From a virus (taxonomy: Duplodnaviria > Caudoviricetes): a stretch of 53,503 bases of DNA. A program made the translations under genes and the position numbers. This document shows, piece by piece, positions 25,261 through 32,519 of this stretch. The notes under the pieces are model-generated. The model saw only the letters and a program-made list of their open reading frames with translations. It did not search any database and was not told the origin of the DNA. How positions within the stretch are numbered: position 1 is the stretch's first letter; each line of letters opens with the position of its first letter. The stretch is taken from the IMG/VR virus record IMGVR_UViG_3300015370_000019, positions 1 to 53,503 of that record; one strand, given 5' to 3'.

Positions 25261-25506
25261 TTAGCTAAAACGGCCACGCAGCGCATAGCGCCGGCGGCCG
25301 CTGGTTTTTTGCTTGCACTCGCGCTCAAGCTCGGAAATCAAAGTCCGCAGCTGCGGGATCGAGCCACGGTGGAACTTGACGCGGCGGCCGTCAGAACCTT
25401 CAATCTCTTCCTCTGCCGCACCTGCGCTCAACTTGAACAACACCGGCTTCAGCTGGCCGATCAGCGCACACGGGTCGGTGAAATCGAGGTTGTCCCAATC
25501 CATCAC
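25261..25506 (-). CDS. Head completion protein (lambda gpW-like)
   Basis: DGRRVKF...L..LISELE; 81 aa next to the portal gene. Confidence 0.7.
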   Translation of the reverse strand: MMDWDNLDFTDPCALIGQLKPVLFKLSAGAAEEEIEGSDGRRVKFHRGSIPQLRTLISELERECKQKTSGRRRYALRGRFS

Positions 25507-27197
25507 GCAGCCTCTTTCAACGTGCCATCCGGGTTATCGGCGAAGGCGCCGGTCGGCTGCCGGGCGGCATGCGGGTCGCCAAGGCCGAGTTTTTCGGCAA
25601 GGTGCTTCTCGCGGGCGCGATCGCGCATCACGGTTTCGATGTCGAGACCGATCTCGGCGCACTCATGCGTCAGCGACGTCACGCAGCTCGATAGGCGCTC
25701 GGTTGAGGCCTTTGCCGTTTTCAGATCGTCAGCGGTTGGCTTGGCCGGGCCTTGCCACTCGCATTGCGTTGCGGCAACACGGTTGCGCTTGAAGGCCTCA
25801 TAGCCGCCGGGAAACTCGATGGCGCCGCTGCGGATCTCTTCATCGAGCCAGGTGCGATAGATCGGGTTGAGGAACGGCACCGCAATCCGCTGCCGGCGGC
25901 GCATGGTGATGGCCCAGATGGCGGCCGTTGCCATGCGCACGCTCGAATAGGTCGCCCCCTCATAGTCACCCGTCAGGCTTTCGTAAGTGACGCCGATGCA
26001 GCGGGCGATTTCGCGCAACAAGTTGCGAACGAACGGCAGATAATTGTCACCGGGCGTGGCCGGCGATTTGATGTCGTATTTTTCGCCCGGAAACAGGTGT
26101 GCAACCTTGCCGTGAATGCCGAGGTCAAGCGATCGGCCCGACCACCAGTCGGCCTTGGCCGATAGATAGCCCTCGATCTCTTCAGGCAGCTCGCCCTCTT
26201 TGCTGTCAGCCAGGCCCTCGAACACCTCATCCGATAGCTCAGGGCTGGTCACTGTCGCCGTGACGATCGTCTGGATGAGCGCCGATGTCAGCGTTGCGTC
26301 GGTTAGCTGGTCGTGCTGGCGGACGACCTTGAGGATTGGTGCGAGCGGCGAGATCCCGCGCACCTGGTCGGGCGTACCGTCAAAAACGTGGATGACTTGC
26401 GGCCGGCCGTCAGCAGACCTTGCCATGATGTCGAGATCAAGTTCCATGCCGTTGATGCGGCGCCTGAAGCGGTAGGAAATCGGCAGACCGTTGCCATCGA
26501 TAAACACACCTTGAGCCAGGCGCGCCTGCTCGTTGGTTTCCTGCGATAGCCGGTGCGGCGAGACCATCAGCACCTTGGTTTTCGTGCGCGAGACGCTGCG
26601 AATGATCTGCGGCAGCAATGCCGTGGCCTCGCCAAACGCAAAGTGCTGGCGGATGGCAGCGTCGGTCAGCTCTGCAATGGTGCGGCGGCCGCGCGCATCG
26701 CACTCGAGCGGATCATTGCCCCAGGCTCGAAACCGGCGCTCGACGCGGCTTGACCATTCGGCGCGGTATTCATCGGTCCATCCCAGCACATCGATGTCAG
26801 GCGTAGCGTTGAGGCGCAGGCCGTTGCCGATCGTGTCGGCTGACGCCTGGTCGATGCCGCCGGAGAGCCACCCGGAATTGTGCAGCGCGTCGATGCTGCG
26901 AGCGGCAGCCCGCGTCCAGACAGCCCGCACTTCATCGGGCATGTCACGCAATGCGGGATTCCAGCTCGAGAGATAGCCGGCGCTGCCGTCACGCATGTAT
27001 TGGTTGCGCGGCCTGGTGGTGGTGACGGCCTTGCCGCCACCACCCCATGCACGCGCCACCATCCCGCGCATCGCGTTGGCGATACGCGAGCCGGCGCCTG
27101 TTGCTGCAGCGGCCACCCGGCGCACGTTGGCGCTATTCGGAGTCCTGCCAGCAAAGGCACCATCGATGACGGGAACGGATGTCGCCATTTGGCTCAC
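25503..27197 (-). CDS. Portal protein, lambda family
   Basis: QVRGISPLAP, LTGDYEGATYSSVR and WLDEEI. Confidence 0.95.
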   Translation of the reverse strand: MSQMATSVPVIDGAFAGRTPNSANVRRVAAAATGAGSRIANAMRGMVARAWGGGGKAVTTTRPRNQYMRDGSAGYLSSWNPALRDMPDEVRAVWTRAAARSIDALHNSGWLSGGIDQASADTIGNGLRLNATPDIDVLGWTDEYRAEWSSRVERRFRAWGNDPLECDARGRRTIAELTDAAIRQHFAFGEATALLPQIIRSVSRTKTKVLMVSPHRLSQETNEQARLAQGVFIDGNGLPISYRFRRRINGMELDLDIMARSADGRPQVIHVFDGTPDQVRGISPLAPILKVVRQHDQLTDATLTSALIQTIVTATVTSPELSDEVFEGLADSKEGELPEEIEGYLSAKADWWSGRSLDLGIHGKVAHLFPGEKYDIKSPATPGDNYLPFVRNLLREIARCIGVTYESLTGDYEGATYSSVRMATAAIWAITMRRRQRIAVPFLNPIYRTWLDEEIRSGAIEFPGGYEAFKRNRVAATQCEWQGPAKPTADDLKTAKASTERLSSCVTSLTHECAEIGLDIETVMRDRAREKHLAEKLGLGDPHAARQPTGAFADNPDGTLKEAA

Positions 27198-29234
27198 CTA
27201 TCGATTGAGTTGGTTGGCAACCTCGCGCCAGTTGCGGCGGCGCTTTTCAGGTTGCTTCACGCTTGGTGGCGGTTGGGTGACGGTCACCTCAACCACATCA
27301 TCGGAAACCGGCAGATCATGCTCATCATCGCCGGTGATCGCCTCCTTGAGCCCGCGGCCCTCCTTGATGCGCTGCGCGTTCAGGAGATAGCCGGCCGCCC
27401 AATTCAGCGCCTCGCAATCGAGGAAATGGTTTTCTTTCGATCTGGCCACCCATTGCACCTTGCCGCTGGGTTTCTTGACGCGCGACTCGGAGATGATCTG
27501 CGCGAAGTAACCTTCATCGATATTCTCCGGCAGCAGCCAGGCCCCCAAGGCTTCCACCGGGTATCTGATGCGCTCATGCACGCTGCTCTTGGCCCAATCG
27601 GTGTCGACCAGCAGCAGCTCTAGAGAATATTTCTTGAGCGCACCTTTGGTCGTCACCTCAATCTTCGATCGCCGTAGCGGCGTGCTCTGCGTGGCGCGGC
27701 CCTTGGTGGGCGAGCACACGCGCGCGTGCCGGCGGCAGAACTCATAGACGCGATTGACTGGCACCTGGTACGGCTTGCCAGGCCTGAAGCCGGAGTCGAT
27801 CAAACAACGGCGAATATTGTGGCCATGGATCGGCGTCTCGAGGAGGTCGGCCAGGTCTTCCCAAACCTCCTCCTCATGCGTTGGCCCCTGCAGCTCGCCG
27901 CGAGCGATCAGCCATGACGTCGCGCGCGGCCCCCAGGCGCGAATGCAATAAATCAGCCGGTCTTTCTGCACGTCGACCCCGGCGGTGAGGTGCACCGTGC
28001 CGGCCGGCAGATCGCCCAGCTGATAAGGCTGCCGGAGGCGGGCAATTTCAGCTTCTTCCGGCGCGTCACCGCCAGCCGGCGCCCATAGCTCACCGAACCC
28101 GGTATTGATAACCGTCTGCTGTTTCTCGGAGTCGCCTGAGGCCTTGGCCTCGAGATAGGCTGAAGCGCGCTCACCGAACGTCACGAACGGTGAGCACAAC
28201 CCGCTCACCCAGAATGAGATCGTGCTCGAGCGCGGCGGGTCACCGTGCACCGTGCCGTCAGGATCGACCGTCTGGCCTGGCGCCACATAGACGCCGCGGG
28301 CATTCATTGCCGCCTTGTGCCGCTCTTCAGCTATGCCGCCGCAGTGCGGGCAGGTGCAATGGGCGTGGGCCTTGGCCTCGGCCGGCGAGGCAAAGTTGAC
28401 GTTGAGCGTCTTGAAGCGTGGTATCCAGTAGTCGCCGCACTCGAGGCAGGGCCACGAATAGTGATACATTGTGCCTGTTTGGAAGAGCTGCCAAATCGGG
28501 CTTTCAATGTCATCGGCGTCCATGCGCTTCCAGAACTCCAGGCCAGAGACGTCGCATTTGACCACATCGACGATGCCCTTTTTTGGTGTCGATGTGACGC
28601 CATACTTGCGATCCCGAAAGGTGAAGCCACGGGCCTTGGTGAGCTCGAGCGGATCGCCCTCGCCCTTCACGTCAGCCATCATGCGATCGTATTCGTCAAC
28701 GATCACCAGGCCGGCCGTCGTGCCGGATAGCTGCGTTGCTGAACCTGCCCACGCAAACTTGAGAGGCACCCCGCCGATCATCTTGCGAAAGCGCTTGTTT
28801 TTCTTCCCCCTCGTTAGCTTCTCGCTCAGAGCTTTCGCCTGGTCGATCATGTCCATGACGCGCGGCTCGATCTCATCGACGATGAAATCTTGCGACGGCC
28901 CCACATAGAGCGTCGGTGTTGGCCGCTGGTCGAAGCGGTGGCCGATCACATCGAGCACGGCCTCGGACTTGCCCATCTGCGAGCCGCACACCAGGCACGA
29001 TGTTTCATAGTCGGCCAGATCGAAGGAGCGCTCGAACTCGATGACATAGGGCGTGAGCGCAGGGTCACGCTCACCAGGCCGGTCCATGCTTGGTGGGTAA
29101 ACACGATTGGCGAACGACCAGTCGTCAGGCGTCGTCCTCGTCGCCGGTCTGCAAAGGGTCGCGGCCCTTTCGTAAAGCCTCGCCAGCTTCTCGGAGGCGG
29201 TCTGAGATGCCGCTGAGAACTTTGTTGATTGCAT
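27198..29234 (-). CDS. Terminase large subunit (lambda gpA family)
   Basis: Walker A SQMGKSE, Walker B DEYD, TSTP, CPHC, GVDVQ, IDSG and NHFLDC. Confidence 0.96.
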   Translation of the reverse strand: MQSTKFSAASQTASEKLARLYERAATLCRPATRTTPDDWSFANRVYPPSMDRPGERDPALTPYVIEFERSFDLADYETSCLVCGSQMGKSEAVLDVIGHRFDQRPTPTLYVGPSQDFIVDEIEPRVMDMIDQAKALSEKLTRGKKNKRFRKMIGGVPLKFAWAGSATQLSGTTAGLVIVDEYDRMMADVKGEGDPLELTKARGFTFRDRKYGVTSTPKKGIVDVVKCDVSGLEFWKRMDADDIESPIWQLFQTGTMYHYSWPCLECGDYWIPRFKTLNVNFASPAEAKAHAHCTCPHCGGIAEERHKAAMNARGVYVAPGQTVDPDGTVHGDPPRSSTISFWVSGLCSPFVTFGERASAYLEAKASGDSEKQQTVINTGFGELWAPAGGDAPEEAEIARLRQPYQLGDLPAGTVHLTAGVDVQKDRLIYCIRAWGPRATSWLIARGELQGPTHEEEVWEDLADLLETPIHGHNIRRCLIDSGFRPGKPYQVPVNRVYEFCRRHARVCSPTKGRATQSTPLRRSKIEVTTKGALKKYSLELLLVDTDWAKSSVHERIRYPVEALGAWLLPENIDEGYFAQIISESRVKKPSGKVQWVARSKENHFLDCEALNWAAGYLLNAQRIKEGRGLKEAITGDDEHDLPVSDDVVEVTVTQPPPSVKQPEKRRRNWREVANQLNR

Positions 29235-29622
29235 CCTCAATCGCGCGCCGTTCCCCAACGTCATCAGTAACGCGAGCCGGCACCCCCGCTAGATCGGATC
29301 GAAGCGGCCCAACGATCGCATCAACGGCCGCCACCGCTGAAGCCATCGGCACCAGCCCCCTCTCTGTCTGCTCATTTTCAAGCCGGAGTTTGCGCGCCCG
29401 CTCGATTTTTACCGCCTCGTCAGCGGTGGTCGCGTCGTCGCGCCGCTCGATTTCGCTTTTCAGCTTCCAATCGATGTAGCTTTTCACACTCGCCGCGAGC
29501 GGATATTTGCTGCGGCCGTCCTTCGCGAAAATCCCTTGTGCCGCAAGCTGTTGCACGCGGCGGGCGCTCACACCTATGACGCTGCCCAGCTCGACCGCCG
29601 TCAGTGTCTTTGGGGCTGCCAT
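29125..29622 (-). CDS. Terminase small subunit (Nu1-like)
   Basis: N-terminal HTH ELGSVIGVSARRVQQL, Y.L..SV..YI.W and coiled-coil; overlaps terL. Confidence 0.88.
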   Translation of the reverse strand: MAAPKTLTAVELGSVIGVSARRVQQLAAQGIFAKDGRSKYPLAASVKSYIDWKLKSEIERRDDATTADEAVKIERARKLRLENEQTERGLVPMASAVAAVDAIVGPLRSDLAGVPARVTDDVGERRAIEDAINKVLSGISDRLREAGEALRKGRDPLQTGDEDDA

Positions 29623-29649
29623 TGCGAAACCGAAATCCAGGTTTTTTGA

Positions 29650-29725
29650 AACAAAAAATAGGCGAGTTTCAGGGCTCCAAGGCACCGCATGCGTTGGTCT
29701 GGTGGTACGGTCCCTAAATTCGGTG
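29650..29725 (-). other. Probable cos/packaging region
   Basis: Intergenic gap immediately upstream of terS, where lambda-type cos sites lie; exact site not identified. Confidence 0.35.
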
Positions 29726-29739
29726 AGGGCCTCGAGGTG

Positions 29740-30294
29740 TCAGCTGACCACGCCCTTGGTGGCCACCTTGATCTCATGGGCCAGGCGCTTGGGCAACTCT
29801 CTCGAGACGAACGTCTGGAACAGCTGCTGCGTCTGATAGCGCACCATCTCGCGCGGGATGTGCGGGCCAGCCACACGCTCAACAGGGAAGCGGGCCTTGG
29901 CGACGCGCCAATATACCTCATTGTTCCAGCGAGGCACGAAGAAAGCGGACTTGAACAGCGTGCTCTTGCCGTAGGGCTTGGCCTTGACACCCTTAGCTGT
30001 CTCACGTGCACCGAAGTGGTGCAGCGATAGTGGTCGACCGTACGAGCGTATCGTAAAGCTCGGCTCAGTGCCATAGGTGGCCCGCTTCTTCAGGTTGCCC
30101 AGCTGCACCAGCTTTCCCACAGTGAGGCCAACCTGCTTCGCCAGCGTCCGCTTAACTTGGGTGAACAGTTTTTTGCCGGTGTGGTTTACCGCGCGGGCGG
30201 CGGCCCGGTGGCCGCGGTCTTCGCCCAAGGCTTTCATGGCCTGCGCCATCATCGGAACGCCATCACCTTGCCAATAGATGCGCACCACTGCCAT
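29740..30294 (-). CDS. Minor tail protein Z-like
   Basis: AAARAVNHTG, FGARET..GV, F..AF and R.P.E...GP basic pattern of gpZ. Confidence 0.75.
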   Translation of the reverse strand: MAVVRIYWQGDGVPMMAQAMKALGEDRGHRAAARAVNHTGKKLFTQVKRTLAKQVGLTVGKLVQLGNLKKRATYGTEPSFTIRSYGRPLSLHHFGARETAKGVKAKPYGKSTLFKSAFFVPRWNNEVYWRVAKARFPVERVAGPHIPREMVRYQTQQLFQTFVSRELPKRLAHEIKVATKGVVS

Positions 30295-30497
30295 CAGTCA
30301 TTTACCTCGATGATGCGAAAGGTGGCGTCGCAGCTCTCGCACTTGCAGTGCTTGATTGTCAGGCCGGCGCGGTCCTGCAGCCAATAGACAAACTTTGCCA
30401 GCGCGTCAGCCCAGCCGCACCGCCGGCAGCACCAGTCATTGCTCATGCGGTTGAGAGCGATGCGCTCACCAACTGAAAAGCGCTCATCAATCTGCAT
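30294..30497 (-). CDS. Small Cys-rich (Zn-binding) protein, first late gene
   Basis: CRRC and CESC motifs; stop overlaps the gpZ start. Confidence 0.55.
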   Translation of the reverse strand: MQIDERFSVGERIALNRMSNDWCCRRCGWADALAKFVYWLQDRAGLTIKHCKCESCDATFRIIEVND

Positions 30498-30522
30498 GTT
30501 TGGGTTTCATTATCGGGCCTTG

Positions 30523-30558
30523 AAAACAAAAAACCCGGCGGGCCAATTGGCTGCCGGG
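30523..30558 (-). terminator. Late-leader terminator (tR'-like)
   Basis: Minus strand CCCGGCAGCCAATTGGCCCGCCGGG then TTTTTTGTTTT, just after the late promoter. Confidence 0.8.
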
Positions 30559-30582
30559 CGGTCGTTCTGCGACGTTATATGT

Positions 30583-30612
30583 TTCATATCCGCAAATCGC
30601 GTTAAGTGTCAA
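30583..30612 (-). promoter_or_regulatory. Putative late promoter (pR'-like)
   Basis: TTGACA (30612-30607) and TATGAA 18 bp downstream, ahead of the terminator and the whole morphogenesis operon. Confidence 0.6.
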
Positions 30613-30720
30613 CACTTTCTTTTAACGATGTGCGAAGTCACACTAATTCAGATCACTTGCAACCCAACGTCACCATCAGCATACTCGACTTAGTCCCACC
30701 AATCGCTGGCGAGAAACACC

Positions 30721-31059
30721 ATGCGGCATCAGAAACCAACTGCAATTCGGGCGGCGATCATCATCGTCGCAACGTCTATGCATGCGAGTGCTGCCAGCGC
30801 CGACTGCGTGGCTGGTCAAACTGGTCGCGCGTGCTTCGATGCCGGCTTTGCTCTAACGGCAGCGAAATGGTGTAAGAACATAAAAGCGCTGATAGAGCCA
30901 GATGAAATGCTTCGAGCCCAGCCGGACTATCAACGTGGGGGCAGGGCTTTTTTCACCAGAACGCAGCTTAAATCACATGACGAAGCCTGCTCATTCGCAC
31001 TGAAGTTTTTTGGCTCTTCGAGCGAGTTTGGCATCGCGATCGTCAGGCCGGCTGAATAG
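30721..31059 (+). CDS. Exported 4-Cys small protein (moron)
   Basis: Signal peptide ending ASA-D; four Cys; lower GC; opposite strand to the flanking operons. Confidence 0.7.
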   Translation: MRHQKPTAIRAAIIIVATSMHASAASADCVAGQTGRACFDAGFALTAAKWCKNIKALIEPDEMLRAQPDYQRGGRAFFTRTQLKSHDEACSFALKFFGSSSEFGIAIVRPAE

Positions 31060-31066
31060 GAACAGC

Positions 31067-31096
31067 TTGACAATAGGCCGAATATAGCCCCAATAT
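31067..31096 (+). promoter_or_regulatory. Promoter of the HTH gene, with operator TAGGCCGA-ATA-TAGCCCCA
   Basis: TTGACA at 31067 and CAATAT at 31091; ATG only 6 nt later, so probably leaderless. Confidence 0.7.
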
Positions 31097-31102
31097 CTTT
31101 GC

Positions 31103-31339
31103 ATGAAACAGCAAGGCAGACCAACCACCCACACTCAGACCACGTTCGCCAAGTGGATGGCGGAGATGGGCTTCACGAACGACCAGGCCGCGAACGCGCT
31201 TGGCCTTTCGCTCTCGCGGGTCAAGGATCTCAAGGCCGGGCGCTCAACGAACCCGGCAGCAGGTAGCGAACCGGACCAACGCACGCTGCTCGCCATGGCG
31301 GCAATCAAGGCCGGCGTTGAACCCTATGAGGCGGCGTGA
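31103..31339 (+). CDS. Small XRE-type HTH regulator
   Basis: FAKWMAEMGFTNDQAANALGLSLSRVKDLKAG...LLAMAAI. Confidence 0.85.
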   Translation: MKQQGRPTTHTQTTFAKWMAEMGFTNDQAANALGLSLSRVKDLKAGRSTNPAAGSEPDQRTLLAMAAIKAGVEPYEAA

Positions 31340-31674
31340 TGGACAGGATTTCTGAGCCTAACCGCAAGATTGCCAAAACCGGCGGTGAGCGTGCGGCGCG
31401 AGATAACCGCTCACGATTAGCCAACCCATACCGCAAAGGCACCCCACACTACGATGTGTGGCATGAGGCATGGGTTGCAGAAAGCGAGCGCCTCGAGACC
31501 GTTGTCAACGAAGCCGTCAGCGAGCTGGACCGCAGCGCCGCGGCCGGCAAGGTCTATGCAGCGATCATGGCCGGCATCACTAACACACGCCCCGACATTC
31601 CACCGGCAGAACGCATGCGGCTTGCCGATGCGATAGAACGCACCATGCTCGAGCGTGGCCTCATCGCCCTCTGA
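31336..31674 (+). CDS. Protein with Rmf/CrpP-like N-terminal motif
   Basis: G..AA......NPY......Y..W.EAW; overlaps the HTH stop. Confidence 0.6.
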   Translation: MMDRISEPNRKIAKTGGERAARDNRSRLANPYRKGTPHYDVWHEAWVAESERLETVVNEAVSELDRSAAAGKVYAAIMAGITNTRPDIPPAERMRLADAIERTMLERGLIAL

Positions 31675-31896
31675 GCCATGCTCCATGCGCGGGCCAAAAC
31701 CGGGTATGAGCGCAGCGCGAGTGTCTCCTTCCTGCTTTCGCACACCTCAAAACTGATGTTCGTTTATCACAGAACGAATTGTGTCCGCCGCAAGCAGGCA
31801 TGATGTGGGGTTAGTCCGCCATCCGATCACGCGGCTTCGGATCGTCTCCATACGGACACGGCCTGATTTTCAATTTTCTGCGACTCGCACCGCTGT

Positions 31897-31912
31897 TGCT
31901 CCACGTGGAACA
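31897..31912. other. parS-like site
   Basis: TGCTCCACGTGGAACA, one mismatch to TGTTCCACGTGGAACA; intergenic. Confidence 0.5.
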
Positions 31913-32106
31913 GCCGCAAAGGCCCGTATCATTGGAAACTTGCGAATTTGCGCAAATCGGCAAAGAGGCCAAAACGCATAGCTTTTTTGGCCGTAAAAAT
32001 GCGGAAATAACGCTCGATCACGCGAATATCACGCGATTGTGATCGGTTTTCTTGTGATGTTCTCTTATTGGACCTGTTTTTTCCTTGTCTGGCCCTCTCT
32101 GGCTTA

Positions 32107-32135
32107 TTGACTTAGGACTATTTTAGCCCTATATT
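32107..32135 (+). promoter_or_regulatory. Sigma70-type promoter with operator TAGGACTA-TTT-TAGCCCTA
   Basis: TTGACT-17 bp-TATATT; a near-perfect palindrome fills the spacer. Confidence 0.8.
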
Positions 32136-32140
32136 GGTAA

Positions 32141-32500
32141 GCAGAATGAGACGGCAAGCCATCCCCTGAAGCCGCAAGCTAGGCACAAGCGCCGAAGAGG
32201 TGAGGCCCGGAACCAACCGGCCCCAAGCGAAGCGAGAAAGTAAGGGACAATTGGATGCCCGAGTGAAGCGGAAGGCGAAAGCCCGGCCGATGCGAAAGCT
32301 TTGTCCTGGCCCGCTGCCTGAACGCTCACTTCAAGCTCACATGCCCAGCGACTTCGGATGCCCACCAGCAACCGGCGCGCTCACGGCGTCAGCGGCAGCT
32401 GCCCAGCGCGGGCAGCTATCGGTGGCGCTGTGCCACCAAACGAAAAGGCACCCGGTGCCCTGGTGTTTGCGCACCAGGCGGGTGCCTCACGGTCTGAACC
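32141..32500 (+). ncRNA. Candidate large structured RNA or leader, family unknown
   Basis: About 380 nt between the promoter and the next credible ATG; several helices, GAAA tetraloops, a possible pseudoknot and 11 AAGC copies. Confidence 0.55.
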
Positions 32501-32519
32501 CATATCAAGGATCTCAACC

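Noticed and set aside
4699-28908. Long + strand ORFs opposite the structural genes (e.g. 4699-5799, 8397-9509, 16178-17647, 22688-23725)
   Set aside because: Antisense shadow ORFs expected from high-GC codon bias; no recognisable motifs
32160-32300. Hammerhead ribozyme, group II intron, RNase P or tmRNA
   Set aside because: No CUGANGA core, domain V, GAGGAAAGUCC or tRNA-like ends found by eye
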